Positions 13,517 through 27,135 of a stretch of DNA of 64,000 nucleotides are shown in pieces. The position numbers were made by a program, and so were the translations under genes. The notes under the pieces are model-generated. The model was not told the origin of the DNA. It worked only from the letters and a program-made list of their open reading frames with translations, and did no database searches. Within the stretch, counting starts at the first letter, position 1. Each line of letters begins with the position of its first letter. The stretch is taken from positions 52,294 through 116,293 of the forward strand of contig CDMY01000333.1 in the NCBI GenBank assembly GCA_001179505.1, in the 5' to 3' direction. The stretch is from Vitrella brassicaformis CCMP3155 (lineage: Eukaryota > Protista > Chromerida).

Positions 13517-16500
13517 ATGGACGTTGCGCGCGCCGCTTCTGCTTCCGCCGATGGCGAGAGCTACGAGGAGGAGGAGGAGATCATCGAGGAATCCATCCCC
13601 ACTCTCCCAGATGTGCTGGTGCGCAGAGCCGACCTCGACGACGCCTACGCCGTGGCGGCCCTCCTGCAGGCAGTGCAGCAGGGCCCGCCCAACACCGAGG
13701 CCACCACTGCTGGCAGCGACCCCGTCCGGTCCTTCCCCCACTTCGGTCTGCAGAGCACGTCGAGCGACAGCATTGCAAAGACCATTGAGACGGCCTTCCT
13801 GTCGGTGGTGGCCGAGGACAAGGAGGGCCACATGGTGGGGTTCTGCTCGCTGGAGGAGAAGCCGCCCGTGCTGGGTGCGGGGTATCTGGCGTCGGAGGAT
13901 GAGTTTGACGACAGTGAGGAGCGGCGGCTGGGTCGGCTGCAGCAGCTGAGCCAGTGGGAGCGGCTGTACAGCGAGTGGGTGGATGAGGACAATGTCGAGG
14001 AGGGGCCGGAGGTGCGGGTCAAGTCCAAGAAGGACGATGAGGACGACGCGCGGCCGCCGCTGCCGAAGAGCAGGACTGTGCCCACCAACTCGCTGTGGCT
14101 GACCAACTTTGTGGCCCAGTCGGGGTATGAGCACGACATACTCCGGAAGATGATCAGGGCCGTTCTGGCCACACGACCCGAGACACACAATATTCTGCTC
14201 TTTGTCAAGTACGGAGGAGGGAGGCGATTGGTGTCTCCTCCCCGTCTGTCTGTCTGTCTCGCTTACTTATAGGTATGTCTGCGTGTCAGGTTTGGTGAGG
14301 AGGCTGAGGCGCTGCGTCTGTGTCACAATGTGTTTCACAACCTGCCCATCCGGGATGAGCCCAAGATGCCCCCAACCGTCTCCTCGTTCGACGCAACTCC
14401 CAAACCTGAAGGCACGCTGTGGAGGTCAACTCAACTCAACACACACATAAAGATCTTGACGGGAGGAGAGAGCGACGGAGCGAGCCGCGCATCGCATCGC
14501 ACACGTGTAGATGTATGTGTGTGGGTGTGTTGGTCGTTGCAGATGTCGGCGCACCGCGCCGTGGTGTGTGCCGCCTTTGTACGTCCGTATAGCTGAGGTG
14601 GAGGACCACGATGAGCTGGTGGACGTCTTCGACAAGCAGAGCGAAGTCATCACACAAATCTACGGCGACTACTTCATCGCCGAGCTCATCGAGGGCCAGA
14701 ACAGCGACAACCGTGCGCTGGTGGCGGAGGTGGACGGCCGTGCTGTGGGGCTGATGTGCCTGACGTCCGACGTGGACATCAACATCCTCTCCCAGTGCTT
14801 CCAGCTCGAGCCCTTTGACAACCTCGTCAGACCGCAGTACATGGACCGAATCAGAGACAGACTCGTAAGCCAACAAGCCTCCCTTCCCCCTTCCACCATA
14901 CGCCTCTGTCTCTCTCTCTCTCTCTCTCCGGATGTACTGATCAGCAAGAGATCCAGCTTCGCGACGAGGGTGTGATGGAGAGCGACGAGGAGGACAATGA
15001 CGATGAGGGGTCGTTCGAGGGCCGGACTGACATCCCCGAGCCTGCGCCGGGCGATGCGCTTCTGGCGGCCTTCAAGTTGGTGGAGGAGGAGGAGGAGGGC
15101 GGCATCGAAAAACTCATCGAACGGATACCACGCAACGACGAGGGACAAATCAGTGCGGTAGGGGGCTTGGGTGGGGGCGCACCGGAGGGAGGTGTCTCTG
15201 CCCTTCTGCTGTTTGTACGTGTGTGATGTCTTGTATGTGTGTGTGTGTGTGTGTGCAGGTGAGCATGTTGCAGACGCTTCAGATGGTTGATTTGGGTGAG
15301 GAGATCGCCGACCAGATCGACTTCGCCGACTCACTCATGCTCATACTCTGGCAGGTAGGGAGGGATGGGGGCAAGCTAAGCTACACACATCCATCCATCC
15401 ATCCATCCACGCCCGTACGACACACGGACGGGGTGTGGTGTAGGTGGCCTTCACAGAGCCAATGCTCGACGGCCAGTCCATCGTGGAGCCCGAGCGCGTC
15501 GTCAGCGCCATCCATACCTTCCAAAAAGTCACACTCACAGAGGTAGGCCAGGCAGGTACGCTGCACATAGGCACAATGACATGACACACACCAACCAACC
15601 AACCAACCACCACTCACATCCCCTGTTCCCTCCCCTCCACTCAGCGCAAGCGCCTCGGCAAGCTGCTGCTTGAGCGGTGGTCCGACGTGGAGTCGGCGTA
15701 TGAGGCAGTGGACGACACCAAAGACACCACGGCGGCCATCGGTGACGACAGCCCTGCTGCTGCTGCTGGTGGTGGTGGTGAGGGCAGCCCCGAGATGCTC
15801 ACGGACGCGGCCAGGGAGGGAGGTGGGGGTGCGTTGGAGGACGAGGGCGGCCGTGAGGAGGAGGAGGAGGACGAGGCGGAGGGTGCGAGGATCCTGCTGG
15901 TGCTGCTACGGCTGGGTGACAAGGGGATCCTCACACACGAGGAGATAGTGCATTTGGTGGCGGCCTTTCACTGGTGGGGGGACATCTCCATCCTTTACCC
16001 CATCTCACGGGCGTCACTGAAAACACTCAGGGTGAGTCGGGGCGGGGCGGGGGAGACAGCGCCCCGCAGTGTCCGTTCATCTATCTCACTGTGTCTCTGT
16101 TTTGTATTGTATGTGTGTGCCTGTGTTGTGTGTCAGGTCACGTGTGAGCGTCTGGCTCGTGGCGAGGAGGAGTATCTGCTGCTGCACCACGGCAGCCCCA
16201 TGTGGCTCACTTTCGTACCCGACGAGGAGAAGAACGCATTCTGCATCAACCTTTTCGGACTCGAAAGCACGGTAGGTAGGTACGGTCGGTACCTATGCGA
16301 CCGACCGACCAAGTGGTCACTCACTCACAAACACGCCCCCTCCCCGTGCGGTGTGTGCCCTGCGGGTGTGCCTTGCCTGCAGCACCAAGCCCAGGCCGTC
16401 GATTTCCTGCAGCCCGCCTTCTCGCTGTACCCGACGAAGGAGTACTGCATCCTGACGCAGCCCACCACGGCGCCCCCCTCCCCGCTGCTGGCCGCTTTCT

Positions 16501-19500
16501 CCCTGATCCCCGCCCGTCCCACGAGCACCTTCAGCCACGCCCTCTACCTCCTCCACAGGTCCGCCCTGCTGCACATCAGCCCGCCCATCGTGCGGCCCAT
16601 CGCCCCCCCTGACCTGAGGGAGCTCGACATCCTCACCAGCGGGCTGAGCGAGGACATACGCGACTGCCTCTTCGACATTGCGCATGAGCTCCTCTACATA
16701 CCCAGGACAAAGGACACAGAAAGAGACAAAGACAGAGAGGAGGAAGATGGCAATGATGACGGCGAGGAGGGAGGGGAGGAGGAGGGAGAGGGAGAGGACG
16801 GTGCAGCTGAAGGGGGGAGAGAGGGGCGGAGTAAGAATTCTGGGAGTGATTTGGCACCCTTGGAGGTATCGGGCGGGCCGGGCTCGGCGGGCAACCCGCA
16901 CCGCAAGATGCTGGTCGTGTTTGTGGAGGGACAGCTGGTGGCCATCCTGGAGGCCACGCGCTTGTCTGCCGTCGAGATCGAAGCGTACAAAAGGTGGGTG
17001 ATCAACACACCAATTCGCCGGCCACAAGACATCCCCTCTCCGTCTCTGCGTGTGTGCGTGTGTGCGTGACGACCACCTCAGCCACTACTACGTTGAGGAT
17101 TTCTTCATCCCGGACTTCTACGCTCCGTCGAGCCACATCCGTGTGGACCGCTGGCTGCTGAACCCCGCCTTCCAGCCGCTGATCCGCACAATACTGCGGG
17201 AGACACTCAGGTGGATGGGCGGCAGTGTGCTCTACATGGAGCAGCCCATCGACTGCCCCGCACCCCCCGTCATCTCGGAACTCATACAGGTGCCTTAAGG
17301 CCTTGCTGTTTGTTTTGTTCTCAGTGAGAGAGCAGATGGGACAGACACGTGTGTATGTGTGTGTGCAGGTGGCCCCACGTCACTTCCCCACGCTTAAGAA
17401 GCTGGAGACGGGCTACATCAGCGGCAAAAGCAAAAACAAGAACCCTTACGTCACCAAGGAACCTTTCGCGAGTCAGTCAGAGAACCAGCCAAACCGAGCT
17501 GACGGACACGAGACAGGAGACACACGACACACAAGCCTTCTCCGGTGTGTGTATGTCTGTCAGATCAGTCTCCCGCTGACTTGAAGGGTCTGCTTGCGAC
17601 CCGCTCAATGGAGTTCGAGCGACACCAGTACCTCAAGCAGCAGGCGGCCCTCTACTATGACGAGGAGTCGGGCCAGGCCACACACCAGCTATACCAACAC
17701 AGGGGAGCCTCACTCGTCCCCAAGCGGCTACTCAGCGACCGCAAGCTGCCCGTCACTGCACGGATTGTCGTCGTCGGCGCGTCGGACGCAGGTGCGAATG
17801 CATTCGTCGAATGCGCTCTGATGACATCCATTATTCCATTTGTGTGTGTATTGGGTTGGGTTGGGTTGGGTGTTTATATGTTATGTGCAGGTCTGTCTGT
17901 GTTGGAGTCTCTGCTGTCTCTGCCGCACCTGTCGTTCAAGTCCCTGGCTTTGCTGGCGCCCGGGGGTCTGCCATACGGCGACACCCAGCACTCGCCACTG
18001 CTCGCATCCAGCGGGGCCTACAACTTCGATGACCTCAGGTGCACACACAATTCCGTCCGTATACATACACACACAAGGGTGCGGTGCCCACCTTCACACT
18101 TGTGAGTGGAGTGCAGGCTGCAGCTGTTTGAGTTGCGTGTCCGTGTGCTGGACTCCCGCATGGTGAGCCTCGATCGCAAGAACGGCACTGTGGGGCTGCA
18201 AGACGGATCACAGCTCCCATACGACACACTCGTTCTCGCCGCAGGACTGCAGGTTTGTTATGGCAGCCAGCCAGGCCACCCACACACGCACACACGATGG
18301 ATGCGGGATGTGTGATGTGTGGATGTTATGTGAATGAAAGGACGATGCGCTCAACGCCATGAAGATCCGCAGCTGGGGCATCGAGACGGGACCGACAGGG
18401 CCGTTCGCAGTGCGCGAGCCGTCGCCGTACAGCCAGCCGATGGGCGAGGGCCACTCGGGCGCCACTGGTAAGGCGTCCGACGTGCCGCTGCCCGAGGGCT
18501 TCAGGCGGCTGAATGGAGCCATCTCATCCGCAGACCCCACACTGAGGGAACTGCTCATTGAGGGAGGTGGGTGAGCAGAGAGAATACAGAACAGACAGGA
18601 GGCTGTGGATGGATAACAATGTCGCCTGTGTGTGTGGGTGCGGTGCAGGTGTGTTGATGAAGAGTCTGATATGGAATCCGCTGTCCTACGCCGTGGTGTA
18701 CGGGAGGTCCCTCGACGCCTACTGCCTGGTGCAGGGCCTGCTCCTCAGGAAGGTCCCACCCAAGAAACTCATTCTCGTCCTGCCACCGAGGTGGGTGCGC
18801 CCACCATTAATGCACAGGACACAGCCCACACAATGCAGTCACCCTGACCTGTCCCCCCCCCCGTCCCCACCTCTCACCCACACAGAGAGGAGGACCTGCC
18901 AGCGACCGAGCTGGCCAGCCGGCCACAGCTGGCGTGTGAGGCCTTCCGTCGCGGAGATGCTGTTGAGCAACGTATTCACGAGCTGCTGAGCAACCTTGGT
19001 GTGAGGGTGCTGGAGAACTTCAAGCTCTGCGGCGTGCAGCAGGACCCCAGGCAGCGGCTCAAGGGCATCATACTCGAAGACTACAACCTCACGCTGGTCA
19101 GACACCCACCAACCCACCAAGCCACCCACCAGCACACAGAAGGGAGGGACAAGATGACACGTCTCCCTCTCTCTCTCTCTCTGTGTGTCAGGATGAGGCG
19201 CGCACTGTGGCCGAACAGCTCGCATCCGCCGATGCAGAGGACAAGGGCGGCTCCAACGTGCCCCCTCCATCGGGATTCGGCAAGTCGGCCCCCCCTCCCC
19301 CGCCCCAGGACAAGAAGCGCCACGGTGGCAACCAGCTGGAGCTGCTTGACTATGACATGTCGGTGGGGCGGGTCAGGAGAACGCTCGCCTGTCGGCTGCT
19401 GGTGACGGCTGACGCTCGCAACGTGGACCCCGATGTGTTTGCGGCCGTGCACAGCAACGGGCTGGTCTATGACGGCAGACTCATCGTAGACCACACCTTC

Positions 19501-20972
19501 AAGGTCAGGGCGCACTGGACCATGCGGTGCTGGCTGGTTCTGGCGGTTGATAGATGTGCTGTGGGGTGGTGTAATGTGGGTGTGTGTCAGACGACGGACG
19601 AGAAGATCTACGGCGCCGGCAGCCTGTGTGAGTTCTGCCGTCGGTACCGCGTCAGGCGGGACGCTTCGCTCAGACATGACGGATTCAACGGACGAGAAGT
19701 AAACAAAACAAGCACGGGAAATGTATGTATGCGCCGCATCCTTCTCTCTGGTGTCCCGTCCTCTGCCTACCAGATCGGTCAGCGCCTCGCCGAGTCCCTC
19801 TGTCGGTACTGCGACCCCATCTACGGCGACCAGCCGTCCCTCCTGCGTCAAGACCCCCGCCTCATCCTCCAGACCCCTAGGCGAGAGGGCGCCATCACGC
19901 CAGGCTCTCGGGCGGGCCACCGCTCCCCCCGACCCCCCTCATCGGCCGACGCGGGGAGGCTCGCGCGTATCGGCAGCGACGAGCTGCCGCAGTTTGGTCT
20001 GCCCGTGGGGCGGTGTGGGCTGCTGCCCGGCAACCTGCACTACTACCACATCAGGGGCTGCAAACCAGACCTCAACGCGTATGCCTATGTCACACATAAG
20101 AGAGAGAGAGAGGGAGAGACCACGACCATTTGTTGTGGTGGGGTTCAGGCCGGTGTCTCGCGAGCTGGAGCACCAGCGTGCCGACGGTGAGGAGGAGATC
20201 ACGACCGACACGCTCAAGGTGCAGCTGCCGGGCCATGGGCACAAGTCGGACAGGCAGGCCGAGGGCGAGGGCCACTTCTGCAGAGCCGCCGTCGACAAAC
20301 TCGGCAGAATCGCTTCACTCACATACATCGGTATTGAGGACCGACAAGTCAATCGTCCAGTAGGCCGTGTCTCTTTCATGTGTGTGTTTGTGTGTAGGGT
20401 TTGAGGAGTTGGAGATGCCGTCCCTCTGGAGTTTGGTTGGTCTGTCTCTTGCGTACTTCAACAACCTCAAGGCCCGGCACGCCACGGGGGACATCCCCGA
20501 CCTTGTCGACTTCCTCTCAGAGGGATGGGCCACCGCCCTTTTCCATGACGGGTGGGTGGGTGGTGGGTGGCCAAGCAACGTTTGTCCCAATGTGATGTGT
20601 GCTGTGCTGCGCTTGCAGGTTTGCGGACATGTGGCAGCGGCTCAAGGCCGAGATCGCGCAAATGCCCGAGATACAAGCCATCCTCTCAAAGGTGAGCCAC
20701 AGAGACGGTCGAGACTGGCTGTGCGTCTGTGGCACCTTTCACTCATCGTTGGATATCGGATGGATCATCAGGCCCTGGCGCCGTTTGCGTTGCCCGCGGA
20801 GCCGACAGTGGAGACGGTGCGGCCACACTTGCCCCCGGCCACTTTGAATGAGCTGCGGAGCCAGTTCCCTGCGAGCTGCAGCAGGGCGGTGGAGGACTCT
20901 TTGCTGGCTTACCTGAGGAGACACACCAACCACATGAAGGACTACTTCCTGCAGGAACAGTGGTCACAATGA
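13517..20972 (+). CDS. CFAP61: cilia- and flagella-associated protein 61 (radial-spoke CSC component)
   Basis: VRIAEVEDHDELVDVFDKQSEVITQIYGDYFIAELIEGQ..., NAFCINLF, DFLQPAFSLYPTKEYCILTQPT, RIVVVGAS...LSVLESLL, VYDGRLIVDHTFKTTDEKIYGAG. This is the GNAT-like plus FAD-oxidoreductase-like architecture of CFAP61; more than 20 exons. Confidence 0.9.
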
Positions 20973-21457
20973 CAAATGACATGGTCGAGGGGCTTGTTGC
21001 TCTGAGGGGGGGCGGGGGGCGTGGACCTGTGCCGCTGGTTGAAAGACATCTATTTGGCCATCCATGTTTGAGCTCTTTGTGCAGTTGTTGAGCACTCGCA
21101 ATGTAATGCATCTGTTGACAGGAAGACAGACAGACACTGTTGCGACTGACTCGCCGACTGTCCCATCCATCCATCCATCCATCCATCCATCGAATCGATG
21201 GCAAGTAGCTATCGACGTACGGCGGGCAGGCAGGCAGGCAGGGAGGGAGCACGGTAGACGAACAACTGAACAACCCTTCCCCTCCCTCAGACCCGACAAT
21301 GTTTGTTCTCAGCCCAGCCCCCACAGATACACCGCTGACAACAAAACAAATGCCTGTCTCCTCTTCTTCCCCCCCAATGCCCCCAATGCACCTTGTATGG
21401 ATGGCTTCATTCACAAGCCACCCCACCCAGTCCCACCCAGTCCCGTGGATCGATCAG

Positions 21458-21945
21458 TCACCACTCATAGGCCTTCCCCACACAGTCCCTCTTGTAGTGG
21501 CTGCACCCCCCACACCCAGCACCGGCACCGTGGCCATGATGGTAAGGGGATGATGACGGGTAGTCAGCCCCAGTGCGGAAGTAGTCCGCCTCACTGCACC
21601 CCCCCACTCCCACCCCCACTCCCCCCCTCCCCTCATACCCCACAGCCCCCAGACTCGACTTCCGATAGCTGCTCATGCGGGCCAGCAGGTCCCCCGACTC
21701 GTCCGTCTTGCGCGTGCCGTAGATGGGCAGGCCGCAGCGCGTCCCGTCGGGTGACCGTTGAGTGCCGTGCAGGAAGTCCCGCCCATAGTCCCATGAGGTC
21801 GCCTCCCATCTGTCGGAGCCGGCGTATCGGCTGCCGGGGCCGATGTCCATCATGAGGGATGACCGGGGGCGGGGTGGAGGGATGGGGTCTTTTGACTGCA
21901 CGAGACAGACAAGGAGAGAATGGGGGACCTTCTCCCTTTGTGTGC

Positions 21946-21979
<34 letters not shown>

Positions 21980-22399
21980 GCACGCCCCCCCCACCGACTC
22001 CGACTCACCCAGTGCGGATGGTCTCTGTCGTATCCTTGTTGGTCCATGGCCGACGTGAGGAAATGCTGCCGGTTCTTCGGAGGCATGAAGTGGTAATCGC
22101 CGATGTCCTACAACAGACACAAATCATCCACACAGATGTCAGGCGTCAGTGTCTCTCTGAGACTCGTGGGGCCGACCTGATAGGAGGTTTTCCAAAGTTT
22201 TTCTTGCAGGCGACTGAGGTTATAGTGCCGCTCCCCAATCTTGGCGACGCCCCGACGGTCAACCTGACGCCCCACACACGAACACACTGTGCAGCCGGTG
22301 CCGCAACTGGGTCAGGGCTTCCCTTCTTACCCGGAGGTCATCCAGCTTGAAGTCATCGACCCCAGGAAGGAAATAGTCCGAGCGGTACTTGTATGACAT
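21458..22399 (-). CDS. hypothetical protein (multi-exon)
   Basis: ATG at 22399 (MSYKYRSDYFLPGVDDFKLDDLR); exons ...SKDPIPPPRPRSSLMMDIGPGSRY...; ends ...CVGKAYEW*. Confidence 0.55.
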
Positions 22400-22529
22400 C
22401 TCTGTCAGGTTTGTGACCACCACCTCCCCTCCATAAGCTCGCCATTTTCAAGCTCGCATATCCGGGTTCTGGCGGGCATTTTTCGACGGATTGCTGCCCC
22501 ATCGGCCTCTGTGACCTCTGCATCTAGCG

Positions 22530-24250
22530 ATGTGGAGATCAAGATTCACGCTGGGCGCGTTCCGCGTGTCACAGCCGTTATGGGCAGGCGGCAAGGCGAA
22601 GCCGGGCTGGACGGTGCCGCCCGACCAGATGTTCCATCCCCAGATCCCCGACAGGCACTTCTACGGCGACCACTGGTTCTACCACGGCTTCACTCTCTTC
22701 TTGCGAGGCGTCCGGCCCTACCTCGAGAAGATCGGCCGCGACACCATCAAGACGGCCTGGTACCTCGGACATGATTGCCTCTACTTCCCCCTTCAGCAGT
22801 TCGTGTCGGCGCACAATCCTGACGTCAGATATGTAAGCTGATCACTCATGTGACGTGACGTGGAGGGAGACGGCCTGCTCTGTGTGTGTGTGTGTGTGCA
22901 GCTTGCGATCATGAGCATCAGTGCATTGGTGGTGTATTGGGATGTGGGGCACAGGCTCTACTACGAGCCGCCGAGGGCACTCCAGGTGCGAGAGATAGAT
23001 ACAAACACACTGGGTGGGTTTGTTTATGTGCGATCACGACTGTCGCTGTGTTGGTTCGTTCGTCAGAATCTGCGGAATGCGGTGTCGTTGGCGGAGGCCG
23101 ACAGGCTGGACAAGGAGGGCTTCTGGGACTCCAATTCAGAGACGCAGGAGAAGAAGGTACAAGACGCACGCAGACGCCCGCACCACAGCGCAGGTCAACG
23201 ATACGTCTTCCCCGTATGCTGCGACAGATCCAGAAGTACAACATGGAGCACCAGCGGCTTAATGCACTCTGGTGGGGGGGGGGGGGGGGGGGGGGGGGNN
23301 NNNNNNNNNNNNNNNNNNNNNNNNNNNNNNNNNNNNNNNNNNNNNNNNNNNNNNNNNNNNNNNNNNNNNNNNNNNNNNNNNNNNNNNNNNNNNNNNNNNN
23401 NNNNNNNNNNNNNNNNNNNNNNNNNNNNNNNNNNNNNNNNNNNNNNNNNNNNNNNNNNNNNNNNNNNNNNNNNNNNNNNNNNNNNNNNNNNNNNNNNNNN
23501 NNNNNNNNNNNNNNNNNNNNNNNNNNNNNNNNNNNNNNNNNNNNNNNNNNNNNNNNNNNNNNNNNNNNNNNNNNNNNNNNNNNNNNNNNNNNNNNNNNAG
23601 AGATCCGGCTTTTGCGTACGCTCACTGGCTCTGGCTGGGTGTGCTATGTGTTGCGTCTGTGTGTGTGCAGGGAGGAGGCGATCACTGACGCGACGGAGAC
23701 CCGCTCTTTTGAGGTGCTATGCTCCTACCTGGCGCCCAAGGAAGTCACGCCGCACCCCGTCGACAAAATGCCATGTAAGCTGGGTTCAAACAAGTTTAAG
23801 ATACACGCGCTGACGAGAGGCGCACGTTGGTGTCGTGTGTGTGTTGTCAGTGCGTCTGAACATGATGCCGTACGGTGACTCCAACACCGACACCATCACC
23901 TTCAGCACACCCAAGACAGAAATGGTAACATAACACACCTCACAAAACGCGTCATTCGGACCGCCAGGCGAGTGCCCATGACGTTGGCCCGGGTGTGGTT
24001 GTGTTGTGTTGTCGTGTATCTGTGTGTCAGGTGTATTCGACCAACGCCAACTCGCAGCACGGCCCCCAGGTGTTTGGCGACTACGTCGACCGGTCAGAAG
24101 GAAGGGATGGACACACACAACCGCACTGCACCCACGCAGAGGATGAATCGGTCCGCTTGTGTGTGTGTGTCCAGTGTTGACCCGAAGCCCCCCAATCTGC
24201 GCCACGCCCGTTCCTTCTTCATGGAGGCATACACAGCACCCACCAAATAA
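22530..24250 (+). CDS. ATPTG2: mitochondrial ATP synthase myzozoan-specific Fo subunit, ATPTG2-like
   Basis: Spliced product has GGKAKPGW..P..PDRHFYGDH..F.LFLRGVRPYLEKI, EGFWDSNSETQE, WEEAITDATETRSFEVLCSYL, MPYGDSNTDTITF, FGDYVDR, RHARSFF...PTK*. These are colinear with the Toxoplasma subunit as I recall it. The N-terminus is Arg/Ser-rich with no acidic residues, like a mitochondrial presequence. The subunit name is from memory. Confidence 0.72.
23299..23599. other. assembly gap inside an intron of the ATPTG2-like gene
   Basis: N run following a poly-G tract. Confidence 0.95.
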
Positions 24251-25295
24251 CTCGCAGCAGCGAGACAAGATTTGCTGACCATGGCTTGAGTGGTGTTTTG
24301 ATTTGCTTGACCTGGCTCGTGTGGGTGTGCGGTTGATTGATTCGGGAAGGGTCTGGGAGTGAGTGAGAAGGGCCGATGTGCTCTTAGGTGAATTGACGAT
24401 GGACCGATGGATCAACGCGTGTGTCTTTGTGCTGACTTGACTTGGGCTCCTGGTACAGACATGTCGGTCGTCTGAAATGTCTAATGCAGCTGCCAGAGAG
24501 GCGCTGCCGCATTCTCGTCTTGTGAGAATGCAGCCTTGCCTCTGTGACCGTTGGCGGAGACATTTCAGCCAGCAGACTGGCAGAGGAAGAGAGAGGAAGG
24601 CAAGGCTGGGCAACACTGGTTTGTGGCTGTGCGGTGCTGCGGTCTGTACCCACCACCGGAGACGCGCAAACAAGGATGCACCTTGCGCATTCTCGTTTGC
24701 CCGTCTTCGCGAGGGGGGGGCATGGACCCCAGCAGCACATGGCAAAGCACAGATGACACCGTGCGATGAAACACTGACTGAATCCACTCTAGATGTCAGA
24801 TTCCCTTTATCGTTTCGCATCTTGAGTGACGGTCTCCATTCCCAGCCAGCACCAAACAAATACCGATGCGGCGACAACCGCCACGTGTCCCTCGATTGGA
24901 TTGAGCCAGCCATGGCATGCCGTGTGAAGGTCTCTCGCCTCGCCAGTCAGTCCATCAACACGTACACGAGAGGCCATCAATCAGATCGAGTACAATACAA
25001 TTGCACACAATTACTCTCAGCACACGCCAGCCAACCGCATATAGCACAACCGCACGCACACACACATGCACTCGTGCACATCCTCGCACATGGAGAAAAA
25101 GTGAGCACACCTCATTCTTTCTCCGTCCATCAACACCGCCTTTACTGTCTCTCTCTCTCTCTCTCTATGGGTCGTGCATTTGCAGGCAGCCGCCTAGCTC
25201 ACATCATATCTCTCGCGCCGTCTCCCCCTCCACACCCTCACCACTCCTCGCCCTTTTCGAAGACGAGGTTGAGGTCGCCGCCGGCCTTTTTGCTC

Positions 25296-26686
25296 TTATG
25301 CAGCACGCCGATCGTCACGTTGGAGTCCACGGGGTCGCCATCGCACGTCAAACACGCCGACTCGCGATCCAACAACTTCGGACAGACTACATGACACGAA
25401 CCACACACACACACGCATAGACCCACAAGAGGTATGGTGTGCCTGGAGGCGGCCGAGTGGGTGGGTGTGGACGGCTGTCTGCTCACATCGGTCGAGGATA
25501 TAGTTTCCGTCGCGGTGGCCCTCCACCTTCACCGTCCTCTCCTTGCCATCGAACGATAACACAACCTGACACACACACACACGAATCAACACAGGCAGTC
25601 AAGAGGGGCGCATGTGCGACACAGACAGAGGTCAGACGGCGCTTCCTTCCTCTCTGTGTGCGATGGCGTAACTATACCCGCACTAGTGTGTCCTCGCCGC
25701 CTGCAGCCGCCGACGCAGATCCAGCCCCAGAAGCCGCCCGGCTCGCAGCAGCCACAGCAGCCACCGCATCTGACACCACACACCGCACCGTCCACACATC
25801 ATATCATACCCGGCGAGGGAGGAGTGTCCGCCCATCCATCCATCCATCCATCCACTGCCTACTTGCGTGTGCGGCAGCAGCCAGAGCCCCCCGCTGGGCG
25901 AAGCTGGGAGAGGCCTTCGGCTTCGGTGAGGCCGCCTGACGCCTCGGGGCACCACCCACTTTGGCTACCTGACCATACCATGGAAGACAAAGCATCCTCG
26001 CGCCTCTTGCCGGTGTGGTGTGTGTGTGTGTGAGACCTGCGATCCCACCGAGCCTTCGGCAGCTGCACTAGGGGGAGGCTTGGCCACCGCGGGTGTCCCT
26101 GCAGCAGCTGCCGCGCCCGAGCGGGTGTGCGCCCAAGGCGAATCCTCACTGAACGAATGAATGAATGGCCATTCAGTCATCAACCACCCACCCCAGCCAG
26201 CAGACGCCCCCGCCCCCGTCTGTGCCGTTCGTTGCCTACGTGCGTGTCTTCTTCCTCTCGACCTCCTCGCTATCGTCGTCAACGCCCCGCTTCTTCTTGG
26301 CCCGGCGCATCCACTCCACCATCTTGGGTGTCCTGGTCAAATTCTCCTGCACACACAGCACACCAAGCACAGCCATGAAGGCCCTCTGCATGCAATGCGA
26401 TGCGTCCTGCGAGGCCGCCTGGCCTGGCGGACAGTGCGTACCTACCTCCGGCTCCCAGCTGTTGTCCGTTTCGGGCCACCCCTTCCAACGCAGCAGGTAG
26501 AACGGCTTCTGACACAACAAGCAGCACAGAGCAGAGGGAATGCCAAATCCATCAGCGGGCTGCTCTCTTTGCTGTCCCCTGTGCACTCACCCCATCTCGG
26601 ATATCGAAGTCGACAACGTTCTCTACCTCATACACGAGGGTGTGTTTGTCGTCCGCGGCCGCCGCGCCGCTCTTCGAACGACCCAT
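25296..26686 (-). CDS. chromodomain protein (HP1/CBX-like)
   Basis: MGRSKSG...VYEVENVVDFDIRDG|KPFYLLRWKGWPETDNSWEPE|ENL is a canonical chromodomain, followed by a basic hinge (RRAKKKR, KKTR) and an Ala-rich linker. C-terminal exons are approximate. Confidence 0.75.
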
Positions 26687-27135
26687 TGCAGCTAACTTGA
26701 CACGCAACCAACAACGCTCATTCGGTCCTCGATGCTGTTCATGCAGGGTTGGGGTTGAGGGGTTTCAAACCCTGCAGTAACCGCTCTCTCTCTGCAGTAG
26801 GATCGGTGAGAGAGTGGTCGATTGAAGCAGAAGTCAGTCAACACACACGTAGTCTGACTCATATTTGACTGACGGGCAAGCATGTAGTACACACACGACA
26901 AGCAGAAGCTCATCAGAAGCTGAGCGGCACTCTGCAGTGGCGGCTGCATCATCGCATCATATCACATACATCTCACGCACCACATCTTAAAGCAGAGTGC
27001 CACACCTACGAGCAAACACCACCGACTCAAGAACACCTGACCTTAATTCGCCGCAAGATGGCCAACACACACACACACACACATCTGACAAACACCATAC
27101 CAACCCTCTCCCTCCCCTCTCCCCTCGGCCGTCGG

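Noticed and set aside
24300-25200. ORFs between the ATPTG2-like and chromodomain genes
   Set aside because: No recognisable motifs or consistent exon chain; probably convergent 3' UTRs.
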